Origin: Octopus sinensis
Taxonomy: Eukaryota
Direction: 5' to 3'
Length of the DNA stretch: 64,000 nt
Assembly (NCBI RefSeq): GCF_006345805.1
Contig: NC_042999.1
Coordinates: 142,228,001-142,292,000, forward strand
Position 1 is the first letter of the stretch. Each line of letters opens with the position of its first letter. The translations under genes and the position numbers were made by a program. This document shows positions 12,161 to 25,857 of the stretch, piece by piece. The notes beneath the pieces are model-generated. The model was not told the DNA's origin. It did no database searches and saw only the letters and a list, made by a program, of their open reading frames with translations.

Positions 12161-14557
12161 TTATACACAGCAACTTTACCAAATGTGTCCCTCAATTTTA
12201 AAATCATAGTGTGGGACTCGAGTCGAATTTGGTCGTTATATCTTGCATGTCGAACGATTGCGTAGAGATTTCCCTTAATTGATCGTATTATTGAAAGTTA
12301 AATGCCACGAAATTAGGTAGGGGGCATTAGGTCCCTATAAGACTCTTAAGACTTACACCACAGCAAGGGTGACCAAATTGTTTGATAATATACACACACA
12401 CACACACACACACATAAAGGGAGAGCGAGAGGGGGGTTAATCTCTGCTCATTGACATTTTCTATTGATTTTCATCTTTATAGTTAATACTTTAAAATCCG
12501 GATGAAACCTGATACTATCTTGGGAATAACAAAATAACTTTCAGAGTCCGCAATTTGACCACAGTTTTACTATAGTCTGGATGCACACAAAAAATTACGA
12601 TTATCGTAAATGTTACAATTCCTGCATCACCGATGCTTAAAGACCACTTCAAACCCTCTCACAGCACCGTTGGCATGCTTCGTATCGTTCGATGTTTCTG
12701 TAGTAGGAAACTGGAAACCATCCAGTATACCCCCTTGAATCACTTCATGAAGTCTAAGTACCCAATGGCATTACAAGGAAAGAATGCTTTACAGAGCATT
12801 TCTTACAAGCTCAACAAATTGCAACAAAGAATATATTTTAAAACATGAATACTGCGATGAAGTCCGATGTTGAAATTTCATCTAAATATGACATTTATCT
12901 ATATTATATAGCTAAATTATTTAAGGGAATGGAATAAAAATTTTAAGATTGTTCGATCTTTCTTTAATATTTCATACAGAAATGTTAATATTTGATTAAA
13001 AAGAAATAATACTAAGTTCTCCACTAACTACAACGACTAACAAAGCTAAAAAAATCCACCGGTGAGTCTCTATGTAGTTGTTCGGCATACTAGAAGTAAC
13101 AGCCGAATTCCTTTCAAATCAAATCTGCTTTCTTAAACAATGAAAACACATTGAATAATGTAGTCCGAAACATATAACGTACGACTGATACTAATCAAGA
13201 TTAATGTAGGGCTAAACATTGACAAACAACAAGAGCGACTAACTAAAGCAGTGCTTACTAGCAGATTCAGAAACGTAAAGCGATGACACAGAAGTCCTGC
13301 TCCTGCCTGATAAGACTCCCAGGGGATCATGGTAACTTCTAGACAGCAATAAATAACTGAAGCCTGTTGGATTAAGTGCGCTCTCTCGGGGTACAATGAA
13401 ACGAAAAAGTGAATTTTTGAACAATTAGTTCAATGTCATAGCCACTCAGCTATATGGCATGTACGTTTGTCATTTAGTTAGAGAAAAAAGAATAATGTGT
13501 ATAGGGTAGATCAGCTCTAGAGAAATAGAATATGTCTCGGAATAGTCAAGAACCGAGAGAATGTTACAGTACCAAGTCAGTCCTGATTAAGCAGATTTAT
13601 TGTTAAAAGCGTTCCAGTTATGACCATTCGGCATTTTACTCAGGGATAATGTATCTAGGACAACATCATTCCCTTGTTTTTTGGGATTTTTTTTAGGACG
13701 GTGGGATGTAATTTGAGAGAGATTTGGCTGCTTAATATAAGGACGCCGAGCGATCGTATGGAGGCTGTCGTATCTAGAATAAAGAAATGGTGAAAACTGG
13801 AGTGTACCAGCAAGTACACTGCTATAGTGTCCAGACGTATAGTCTCCAAGCATATATGTCTCAGCTCACTCTTAATTCAAAATAACAATTACCAAAGCAC
13901 GTTTGAATAATATGACGTGAATATTTTATAGACAGACGACCGTAAAACTTGGAAAAGTTCCAATGCATTATTCCAAGAGAATCATTTGTTTATGAATAAG
14001 AAATCTTTTAGAGGAAAACGTCTTTCATGTTTCTTTAAATGATTTTGTTTCCTTTGCCTAATATACCTTTTGTTTGTTTTTAAATTAGAAGGTCGTTATT
14101 GTAGTGTAGTAGTGATACAGGATGTGTGGTGGCGGCGGAGACATAGCTTTAACAGTAGTAGTTGTCATAGCAACATTGAGCTAGAGGGCAATTACAATAT
14201 CTGCACACCAGTTATTTTTAAAGAAGATTAATTTCTTATTGTTATTATATCTTTTAATAAAATCTCACGCAATATAGTTGAAAAACTTCGATTTGTTGAG
14301 AGTATTCATACAACCAGTTGACGAAAACTTCCTCTATGCGTATTTAAAGTGTAAAAACAACAAACAAGAGAGTTGTCTCCAATAATGTCAGTTGATCGAA
14401 ATTTTAGGACAATATAAACAACTCAAATTGAAGTGGATTTGATAACTAAAGTTGGCTCATGAAAGCAGTGGACATGTGTCCTATTAGATTTGTTAGAGAA
14501 ACATCTACATACTTAACAAAACTAAGAATGACCTATATATATATTCTTTTATTCTCT

Positions 14558-14665
14558 CACTTGTTTCAGTCATTTAACTTCAGCCATGCTGGAGCACCGC
14601 CTTAAATGGTTTTTTAGTCGAAGAAATCGACCCCAGGACTTATTCCATCGGTCTCTTTTGCCAAA
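14558..14665 (-). mobile_element. SINE family A, 3' fragment
   Basis: Reverse complement of the family A tail (..GGTGCTCCAGCATGGC..AAATGACTGAAACAAG). Confidence 0.8.
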
Positions 14666-14676
14666 ACTAAGAAGTG

Positions 14677-14709
<33 letters not shown>

Positions 14710-15623
14710 TCACTTCTTAGTCTTACCAATTGAGTGTAGAATATACTATTGCTTTCTCTAGTTGGTTTTAAAAACAAGATCCATTTCCAACTACGTTGTC
14801 CTTATTTTCCAAAAATTTCATTTGATTAATTTTTAATGCAGTCATTTTCCTTAGATTTTTTTTTCCTTTTAGATTTTAAACAAACCCGCAGAAGATTTTG
14901 TCTCCTGATTGCATGAGCAATCTTAACTAATTAAAGTTTTTCAACTTCCTATATTGCATATGTGAAAACCTATTGAGTGAATATTTAATGTATAGAACCC
15001 TTCCCAAGATCTTTCACTCGGCCATGTGTCATTATTAGCAATAAATATCGGTCTTCGAAATTCGACATCCGGATCTTAGCGTTAAGAAATGAACTTCTGA
15101 ACGCAAATTTTGCCGCAGAAGAATTAAATCATCAAATGTAATGCCAGCTAACAAACAACTGAAGGCACCTGAGAAAATTCTCGCTTCTTGTAAAACACAT
15201 TTTAACTATATATATCAATGTTTATATATAGAAGTATACTTTACATCTAAACCCAGATACAGATAGACATAAGACAACAACAACAAAAAAGAAGCAAATG
15301 CCAAGAATTTTGTATATAAACTTCTAGGCATGTGTATCTTATAATCGCAGCATATTGAATGCAGGTGTACATTCTGATTTCCTGTTGCTGTCTACGACTT
15401 GACTCATGGTGTAAGAGTTTCAGAAGCGCAGTTTATGAATGTTGTGGGGGTCATGTTTTTCCCAAAGACGTTTATGGTGCAAGTCAAATGAAAATGGTTT
15501 CAACAGAGAATTGAAAAGAGCAAGAGAGTTAGCAACATTATTCAAAAAATCTTAACGATAATGATTTTCCAGCACAAATGTAACATTTACAAGATTTACG
15601 TAAAACTAACAATAGAAAGCCAG

Positions 15624-15800
15624 ATTGTCTTAATTCCCGTAACTCTAGCATCAACTGAACGATCTTTTAGCAAAATGAAAAATATCAAACCTGCTTTTAA
15701 GGTTTACCATATCTCAACTTGACGAGTTGATTTAGCAAAATTGAGTAGTGAATGGAGTATTGCGTGAAAAATTGATTAAATATTTGGCAGATAAGAAAAA
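15624..15800 (+). mobile_element. hAT transposase remnant (C-terminal dimerisation domain)
   Basis: IVLIPVTLASTERSFSKMKNIK resembles the hAT PVT.AS.ERSFS.LK.IK motif; frameshifted or stopped downstream. Confidence 0.75.
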
Positions 15801-16300
15801 AGCCAGAAAAGCTAATTTCATCAGCTGATTAGGATTATTGTTGCTTTGTATAAAGTATATTGTTATCTGGTCATTCTGGTACACAGGGAATAAAGTATTT
15901 ACAAAAGTTTACCAACGACCGTATTCAAATAGCTTGAGATTAGCCACCACCTTCAATTAGGCCTTCATAATCATCCTCCAGAAGCTGACAATTTTGTTCA
16001 TATTTTATATTTCTCTCCCTATAAAAAAAGAACAACTTTAAAATGTAGCATTATACTTTTATCTTTATTGAAAAGATATAAGAATTTAAGGTCTATTTGT
16101 ACCTTAAATCCTCAATTTTGAAAGTACTCCTCTGCGACGTCTAAAAGTAGTCACTGTTTTGCGAATTTTCTTACGGTGCCAAGTCATAGGTCTGTTCAAT
16201 CAGAGCTAACATGAAGTTACACAACGGCGACGATGACGACCACGGAAAACATACTAAAATAGACTGGATAGTGAAGAAAGACGCTCAGTCTCCAAGGCAA

Positions 16301-16712
16301 AGCCAGGTTCTAAATCTAGAGAGCGCGAGCACATTAAAATAGGCACCGTAACACATACCAAACAATTTTAAACTTATTTCTCTTATGTTAAGCGAAATAA
16401 TTCATTTATTATAATACACATAATTGTATTCTACATTCATTAATTTCATGTTTCAGTAACAATGTCATTATGTATGAGACTTACAGCTACTGATATAGGT
16501 GTGACATTAACGAGATGAAACTCCACGTGATTGTCCAGTGTCGAGAGGTTATGACGTCAGACCTTGTTTTAGTTTTTTAGATGTTAGCGGTTACCAATAC
16601 ATAATCACCAATACATCAGAGGAAATTGAGTAGACAGTTCAGAGACACGGAGGTTGGTCAAATAAAGCAATGGCTATAGTTCTTCCAAGGCAATACGATT
16701 AACAAAGAGAGA

Positions 16713-16762
<50 letters not shown>

Positions 16763-16840
16763 TTTATCGTAGAAGTACACTATAGAGTTAAAAGAATTGT
16801 TGAAAAAAAGCTCCAATTTTGAAAAGTGTGCTTGTGGGGA
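16301..16840 (+). repeat. Unclassified interspersed repeat (uninterrupted copy of the 29419-30460 element)
   Basis: Colinear with 29419-29564 plus 30158-30460 (AGCCAGGTTCTAAA..ATTGTATTCTACATTCATT..TTTCATGTTTCAGTAACAATGT..GGAGGTTGGTCAAATAA..CCAATTTTGAAA). Confidence 0.8.
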
Positions 16841-16987
16841 GCGATCATTCCCTTTTACTCTCTTGTTAGTTACGTCACTGCTCAGCCGGTCACATTGTTC
16901 CACATACACTTAAGCACTGCATATTAGAATGTGTCGTATGGTTTCTCAATTAGACAAAGGTGTTATCCATGAATATGTAGATTGAAC

Positions 16988-17146
16988 GTGGAGGCGCGTG
17001 GCTTAGTGGTTAGGGTATCAGCATCATGATCGTAAGATTGTGGTTTCGATTCCTGGACCGGGCGACGCGTGAACACATACGCCACAGAAACCGGGAAACC
17101 GGGCCCATAAGCCTGGCTAGGTTTGAAAAGGGCGCATAAATAAATA
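16988..17146 (+). mobile_element. Short tRNA-headed SINE with 13-bp TSD
   Basis: A box TGGCTTAGTGG, B box GTTTCGATTCC, A-rich tail. ATGTAGATTGAAC (16975-16987) and ATGTAGATTAAAC (17147-17159) flank it. Confidence 0.8.
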
Positions 17147-17227
17147 ATGTAGATTAAACCTAATTGTTTGATTGTCTACCTAGGTTTATTCGATCTTAAG
17201 TTTACATGACTGGAACGTACCCATACA

Positions 17228-17380
17228 TATAATGTGTGGATGCATAAACTTAGTGTAGCAATTAACGACTTAAGCATGTGACATGAGAACCTAGGGTCTC
17301 GAGATACAGAGATATATGCTTATATGACCATTATAATTGGAGTAGGGTGTCTGGGCCCGAAGTATGGCCCACACATTATA
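17228..17380. repeat. Copy 2 of the ~130-bp repeat, bounded by a 12-bp inverted repeat
   Basis: TATAATGTGTGG (17228-17239) / CCACACATTATA (17369-17380) enclose sequence matching 4170-4302. Confidence 0.8.
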
Positions 17381-17791
17381 CAGTCATAGTACAACAAAAC
17401 TGAATTTTTTAACATTGGAAAATGATTGTGTGTAAGTAATTCTGTAAGAACAACTTAGACAAGGTCTAGATTTTAAGAAGACAGGACATGAGACTGTCTC
17501 TAAATAAACTGAGACTATTACATTTGTGATTAAAGCAAAATTAGAAAATAATTCATCTCAAAATATCACTTCCTTTTTCTAACACAATTTTAATTTTCAA
17601 ACTTATTAGCCTCTTCTTTAGTATGTATATTAACACTATGTTTCAATCGATTTGGTCTCAAATTGCTATCAGATGTCCTCTTCTAGGACATCTTGTAGGA
17701 ATACTATGTAAAAATTGTAAATATTCACTCTAAAGATTGTCAACAACCTGGAAAATTATAATCGTATCTTAACAACCCATCTTAAACACTT

Positions 17792-17856
<65 letters not shown>

Positions 17857-18809
17857 ATAACCATTCTCCGCGGTATCTTTTTATAGGAAAAAGTCAGATA
17901 AACAAATGCATAAAATAAATATACAAATGATAAAAGTACATGTCTATTTAAGAAATGCAAAATTACAGCAACAGTAGATAAAATACAGCCACTGTAGTTT
18001 ACTGACACATTCTTTTGAAATGAAGTTATTGATTTAATAACAGCCAACTTACACTGGTAAAAAAAAATGAACTACGTTTTCAAACATTCATCGAACTGGC
18101 CAACCAGTGAATCGCCCATGTGAATACAAATTATTTGGGCGTATTTTTAGCTCGTACATTTGCTCCCGTATCTATTTTTGGACTTCGTTTAGACATAATC
18201 GAACTGTACAAACAATTTCATTTCGCTATATTTCGTCCTGCTAATTTCTATATTAACTAATATATCACGAGTGTATAGACTGCAGGTGATAAAATAGGAA
18301 TAATCGATATTTCACTTCCACTACTTCAGTTATATTTTGGCAGACGACTACTTAAGAATCACTAGCATCCTCTATAAGCTGTTCGTTTCGTTGCTGATCA
18401 ATTTATTTGGAGGTAACCTTCACAATGTTTCTCCAACAGAATCTAGAGAAGCTGACCTCGATTTCAATTATTCAACTACTTCCCAGTAAAGTCGAATTTA
18501 CTTCTCAGTAAAGTCGAATTTACTGATTTCTATTATGCTTCTTCAGTTTCCATTTCTGCTCACGTTTTTAGCGCGTGTACGCACACACGCAAACATGCAC
18601 TTCTATAATTTAATAATCACTCTTTAGATTTGACTTGTTATGCTGAAGGTGTTAAGAAATGGGTGGACGCTACCATTCCCACTTTCACCATCATCAGGAA
18701 AATGGTTTCATAAAGTACTTATTGAAAAATTAAATTTCTTACATTGGTACTAAATCAGAAGTTTATGCACACGAGAAAATCATGTGACGATCATGCCATT
18801 TTAGAGCTT

Positions 18810-19240
<431 letters not shown>

Positions 19241-20004
19241 CCGTCAGTTAAGGTCAAGCAACTGACAAGCAAATCTATGGTGTTCAGCAGAATATTTGCT
19301 ATACCCCATTTTTAAATTATCATTATTATTATTGTTGTTGTAGTTGTTTACTCAGTAGAAATCGATTGCATTGCGTCTAGATTATTATGGATGACTTCGC
19401 AACTGGGGAAGTGCAGTGCATTCATTACCAAAAATGCTTAACTATCAATGTTTCAAGTACACCTAGTTGTAAGTAACTGCCATCTGAAGATACAACTGGA
19501 AGCTTTAATCACTGTTTATTCGATAAGTGCATGTATATAAGACGAATTCATGATTATGTTTCAGTTCCTGGTTAGAGTCATTTCATTTCACTTCTCTTAA
19601 GAAATGCATAAACATAACAGCAACATGATTATAAAAACGGTATGAAATGAATTAAGATACAAGTTTCTTTAAAGTAATGGTAAATTACATTTGTTGTATT
19701 GATTTATAATTGATATATCGAATGACATAAAATAGATTAGCTTCAGTCTTAGGCATACGATATCTTAAGCTCAAACAGAGACAACCTTCACATTAAAGGT
19801 ATCATACCGAGATAACATTTGAATTAAAGGTATCATAGATAAAGGAGTTTGTATGAAAAACTTTTTAACCCAATCTTCCTTATATTTATATTCCTATAAA
19901 TAAATCCTGAACTATAAACAGTTGCAACAAGCTATGGTACCTATTCATGATTTATAAGAAGTAAGGCAGGAAATTCTTAGACTTTTGTTAATTACAATAT
20001 TTAC

Positions 20005-20152
20005 TTGTTTATAAGTCGCACCCCTAATTTAGAGTTAGGTCTTGGTACAATTTTTCCCTTCATAGTTTTAGCTTTTCCCCGTGTGTAAGTCGCACGTTAG
20101 TTCATTTAGTTAAAATCAAATATAAAACAGGGCAACTTATACACAAGTAGAT
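20005..20152. mobile_element. Possible pogo/Tigger-type MITE remnant
   Basis: TATAAGTCGCAC-type motif occurs twice, with an inverted GCAACTTATAC at the right end. Confidence 0.45.
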
Positions 20153-20613
20153 AAACGTTCTGCATCGCAGGAATAAGTCATTTTTAATCTTGAAATCCAG
20201 GAATAAGTAAAATGTCTTTAAACTACAATGACTATCAACTATTACAACAATGCTCAGCACATCACAAACAGTACTCTCCTACTGCATCCAGTTGTAGAGT
20301 TCTGGTTCGGGAATTCCAGGATTTTGAGGTGTGAAACCAACTCTTAGTCATTATTGTTCTTTGGTGTACTCTGATCCGCAGTAGTAACACCTCTCAGAGT
20401 CCCAGCTTTGGGCTAATTATCAAGAGAGTCAGACAGGTGGAACACGTTAGTCTGAGAGACTTGTGTGTAAGAGGAACGTATCAAGGGGAAGGAAAACCTT
20501 GATTCCAAGCCTCCAAACCATGAGAAACACTTCAGAAGTGAATCCTGAAGGAAAATCGGGAGTCAGAGCCCTTGAGGCAGTTCGATGTTGTCTGCAATAT
20601 AGTTTTGGGAACT

Positions 20614-20840
20614 TGATAAGGCGGCGCTCTGGCAGAAACGTTAGCACGCTGGGCGAAATGCTTAGCAGTATTTCGGCTGCCGTTACGTTCTGAGTTCAAA
20701 TTCCGCCGAGGTCGACTTTGCCTTTCATCCTTTCGGGATCGATTAAATAAGTACCAGTCAGGCACTGGGGTCGATGTAATCGACTTAATCCCCTTGTTTG
20801 TCCCCTCTATGTTTAGCCTCCTGTAGGGAATAAAGAAATA
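20614..20840 (+). mobile_element. SINE family B (~230-250 bp) with 18-bp TSD
   Basis: AAGGCGGCG..GGCAGAAACGTTAGCAC..GAGTTCAAATTCCGCCGAGGTCGACTTTGCC body. AATATAGTTTTGGGAACT is repeated at 20596-20613 and 20841-20858. Confidence 0.9.
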
Positions 20841-21106
20841 AATATAGTTTTGGGAACTCCTGCATTGACACAGATTCCAAATTGTAAAGTCATGCTGTTC
20901 CTATGGATCCACCGGTGCCGTGGATAGGGGGTCATACACTGCATGGGCCATAACCTATCCCTCGTACCGTACAGCTCAGGCTTGGATCCTGATAAATATT
21001 CTACACTGGAGAGATAGAACCAGACAACACACAAGAGAAGACATTCTGGCCTTACCGACGGCGTCGACCAAGCACAGAGAGCAACAGTTACCAACGACTC
21101 AAATGT

Positions 21107-21450
21107 GAAGGCGCATGGCTCAGTGGTTATAGCTTTGGGCTCACAATCATGAGGTAGTGAGTTCGATTCCCGGACCAGGCTGTGTGTTGTGTTCTTGAGC
21201 AAGGCACTTTATTTTCACGTTACTCCAGTTTATTCAGCTGTAGTAATGAGTTACGACATCACTGGTGCCAAGCTGTATCGGCCTTTGCCTTTGCCTTGGA
21301 TAACATCGGTAGCGGGGAGAGGTGAGGCTGGCATGCATGGGCGACTGCTAGTCTTCCATAAACAACCTTGCTCGGACTTGTGCCTCAGAGGGTAATTTTC
21401 TAGGTGCAATCCCATGGTTATTCATGACCGGAGTGGGGTCTTTACAACTC
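21107..21450 (+). mobile_element. tRNA-headed SINE, family C
   Basis: A box TGGCTCAGTGG, B box GAGTTCGATTCC, then a GTGTTCTTGAGCAAGGCACTTTA central domain. Confidence 0.75.
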
Positions 21451-22932
21451 AAACAGCACCAGGAAAACCTACAAATGCTGCTTGTGTAACAGAGACTGCC
21501 ATTCGTGCACCAGACTTTTTATCCACAGACAACCCTGCTCCAGTAGGACGGACAACTAGGACTGTCATCCATGGTCATTAATGACAGGCGGGAGACCTCA
21601 GTCATCAGGTACTCACTGGACCTTAGATAAAGATATGGTGAACTTGGATTAGACTAAGCTAGGACATGAGTGTATTCGTTAAGTTGTATTCGAATTGTGC
21701 GCGCCAAAGTTAGGACAATCGGCCGGGTTAAAACATTTTTTTCTCAGAATTTAAATCAGATCAATAACTGGAACAATCCGAGACATTTCAATGTCAAACA
21801 GGACAAATTTGCTCACCGAACAGTACGCCTGGGCAGCAGACCCTTCAAACTAAAACGAAAGGTAAACCTCTTCAGTCGTGATAAATCCGCATTCTAACTT
21901 TGATCTTCTATTGAAACAAAATGACTTCACTACTCATATTCTTAAGAAAAGCAGGGATTAACTTAATCATATTAACTTAATCATATTTTCTCTTTTATAA
22001 ATTTGTTGATTTTCGCATTGATTAGAGATCAATATATTTGCTACACTAGAATAAAATTTCTGTTTTCAATGAATTATCTTTCAACCATATGATAGTGCTG
22101 ATGGTGTTATATACTTGCTCCCATAATAGTGTTAAACCGTTGAAATAATACCAAGCGATTCGACTGAACTGAAACCAGATTATTACACTTGAAATTGCAG
22201 CTGAATTAGCAGTGTCTTTTCTCCAATTCCGATTCATAGAAACGCTTAAATTTCATCTATCTGGTATTTCAAATTCTATAAAAATTATTAAAATAGAATA
22301 AAATAAAATATATTTGGAAGTTTGGTTCAATATATTATATTTAATAATTCCTCTCTTCTACAAATAATCGTTTTGACTTAAACAGATAAGCAGTTTAATA
22401 TTCTGAGCAAAATAGTGAAAAATTAATCCCGCAATGTGAATAGATTGAATATATTGTATGCGAGTTGGGATTCTGTTCTCATCACCTTTTAGAACTTCTC
22501 GCGAACGCACAAGCATCTATATACTCAAGAGTGCAAATCTTAATAGAGTCATTCGTTATCTACTTTCACTCGTTCACTACGAGAATTGCCGATTAAATGA
22601 AATCTAGCATTAGCAATAGCTCAAGATAATTTACATCATTGCGTGACACTCTGAAGCAGTTAATAATGATTTATTCATTAATCGCATATTATTAACCTTT
22701 TTTAGTCACTCACTTATTTATGTTATTGTAATGTCCTGAGAATAACACGTGATTTTTGAGTGTGAAACAAACTGTTGAAATCAAATCAGATGCGAGTGAT
22801 GATTCTTACCAGACAAAATAATATGAAATATAACGGAATAAAACAATTTTATAATTCTTTATAATTTAGTAATAATTTCTAAATTGTTATACTTGGGGAT
22901 GATCATATTTTGCCAATTAATAATGATAGTTC

Positions 22933-22971
<39 letters not shown>

Positions 22972-23199
22972 GTTTTTCCCTTCTTTCTTCAAATTTTCTT
23001 CCGTTTCTCGCCGAGTGTTTTCCATACGTAGGGTATACAATCAACTTCAAACGCTATCCATCTCATCTGAGCTTCTTCTCAAAGAGGACCTCTAAACAAT
23101 CTGCTTCCCTAGCTACCTATATACAAAACCTCAAGTTTCAGAACATGCCTTATACCTTATCCTGGTCCATAGTTTGTGGTGGAACCTCATACAATGTAT

Positions 23200-24060
23200 T
23201 TGTTCCGGATCTTTACATTCTGAGTTCAAATTCTAGCAAGGTTAACTTTGCCTTTCATCTCTGCAGATTCAAAAAATATAGTACCTGTTAAATGTCGATT
23301 TTAATTAACTAAAAAAAAAAATTCTCCTTTCAAATTTCCGGCTTTGTGCCTAAATTAGAAATCATAAATTGAATCTGGGCAGCGGTTCCCAACCTAGGAC
23401 ACCTGCCCCTGCTGGAGGCGGGTGATAGCATTTCAGAGATTCTAACAAAGAAAGATAACGCATGCTTAATTAAAATCACTTTTCAGAACAAAATTAACTA
23501 TTAAAAATATCTTTATTAAGCACAGCAAGAACTTTATTATTCTGCATATGTAGATTTGACTTGTTTAATGTTTGCAATCGTTATTGATTTCAATACTCAC
23601 AACTGATTTCGAATTCATCAATTTATATTTGCATCTTATTCACTGTGTCAATAGCTTAGTTTTTGGTTCAGTTTGTTCTTTCATAAAATTATTTGTGGTT
23701 CAAAAGAAATAAATAACAAATTATTACGAATAAATAATTCTTAACATTAAGAATAACATTCATAATATTGTTTCAAGTTTTGGCACAAGACCAGCAGTTT
23801 TAGGAGGAGAGGGTTAATATATTATATCAACTCCAGTGGTCAACTATTGCTTGTTTTATTGACCCGGAATAAATGAAAAGCAAAGTCGCCCTTGGTGGAA
23901 TTTGAACTCAGAACATAAAGCCGGACAAAATGCTTAGCGGCATTTCGTCCGGCTTGCTAACGATTCTGTCAGCTCGCCGCCCTCTCTACAAAAGTAATAT
24001 ATCGACTACTCCCTCCCCCAAAACTGCTGGCCTTGTGCCAAAATTTGAAATCAATATTTC
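23200..24060. mobile_element. SINE family B copies (partial + at ~23200-23370; - at ~23775-23992)
   Basis: Match to the family B body on both strands. Confidence 0.75.
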
Positions 24061-25633
24061 TTTTGAAGAGAGTAGGAAAATTAATGAAGTGTTTCCTAGA
24101 AGTGCAGGAGTTTAGAAAAGCTTAGGAAACACTGAACTAGAGGGAAACCGCTGTTCAGCATTAATCTTAGCTCGGACATATGGTCAATATCGTTAGAAAA
24201 GTGCATTCACGTGTGAGTGTGAATATAGAGGAGAGGAAAATAGCAGGCAGAATGCCAAAAAGGAAACAACGTAATTAGAGAAACAAAGTCAATGAGTCAA
24301 TGAGTCAATGTTGCAACACAACAGAAAGATTGTTAATATAGGCCTTTGTCTATAGATTTAAGATTAGCGAAGAAATATGTGAAGGCGGGACAGAAAAGAA
24401 AAAAGACAAAAACAAAACCGGTGTATGCCAGATTTTGCCACTTAATGATGATTACCTCCTAAGGTTCATGATTATTGGAAACAGACCTTACTTGAAATGC
24501 TGCTTTCGCCATCAAAAGGTTGCGTGTGCGAGAGGAGGAAAAAGGAAGGAGGAAAAGAATAGGAAAGAACTTCTATAGACATTGAATTGAACATTTACTC
24601 CATTTTCTAACGAAAGCACGCAATGCATTGTAAATATTTATTGAGAGGCAGATTTATACACTACTTTAACATGTCCCACGATATATTCAAATACACTGGC
24701 AAAGAAACCTAGTCTAAACAAACATGTGAATAGGCATTTTCAGGTCAAACTAATCCACTGAATATTGGAAGTTGATGTTACCAAGTTAAAAAAGCCGCCA
24801 AGAAAAGCGAGTGGATAAAGTCTATTAAAAATTACCATTGCATTGTCTACATTCTATTTTTAATTGTTTTATTTCATTAATATTTCAAAGTTACCTCTCT
24901 TGCCCTTCTTGATTAGAATTGATCATAAGATGGAAATCTTTTGTTTCAAATATCCAGAGCAAACATGGCAAATATCGGCATTCACCGGTAACTACAAATC
25001 GGCAATAAAATATAACTGAAAGAATGTTTTCTTTCAAACTGAAAAGTTATTTTAAAATAGTTCACGTATTGAAAAAGATGTTTGAACCTTTCCAATAGCA
25101 TACGTCTGTGAGAAAAGAATTCCTCATGCTGAGTGACATTAGAAGCACAATTAAGGTTCTTACATCATAGGGATTAATAATTCAATGATGTACTGTAATG
25201 AGTAAAATGTTTGTGTATATGCAAATATCATCGAAGTATTAAACAAATTTTTTTTTTTTTTTTGGTCTCGAGACCCGCTGTTGCATGTTGTGATGCGTAT
25301 TCATTGATGACTGTTAGTTCACTGTAAACATGTTATGTTGCTGGTCGGTGTCGATACAGAAGCTATAGTTAACGGATATTTTCAGAGTTCAGTTTCATTT
25401 TACTACTGTGTTTAAATTTTTACTGAGTTAGTTCTTTCATTTTCTGGATAGTTAAAACGAAAAATTACTTTAGTGATCCCCCCTCCCCCTACACAGTGTA
25501 CTTTTAATATATTCATACTTCTTCACTCACTAGATTAAGTGTATTAGTACCAATGTTACCATTTTGTTTTTAAAACATAGAACGTGTCTCTTCAAGTTAT
25601 CGCATCACTCACTATTTAGTCACACACAACATA

Positions 25634-25634
<1 letters not shown>

Positions 25635-25686
<52 letters not shown>
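25635..25686. repeat. (ATCT)n microsatellite
   Basis: Directly visible. Confidence 0.95.
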
Positions 25687-25857
25687 CCTTCTCTCTCTTT
25701 AAATACACACACACATAAATAATAGTAATAGTGGTAGTGGTGATGACGATACTTCAGTGAGGCGGTCAAATAACACCGAAACATATCCGAAGTTATCATC
25801 CATACTACCAAGATCACACTCCCCCCCACCCCACTGCATTATTTACATTCTATCTGA

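Noticed and set aside
10165-13853. ORFs at 10165-10401, 13133-13424 and 13587-13853 as exons of a second gene
   Set aside because: No recognisable domain and no consistent splice or phase chain; probably decayed repeats.
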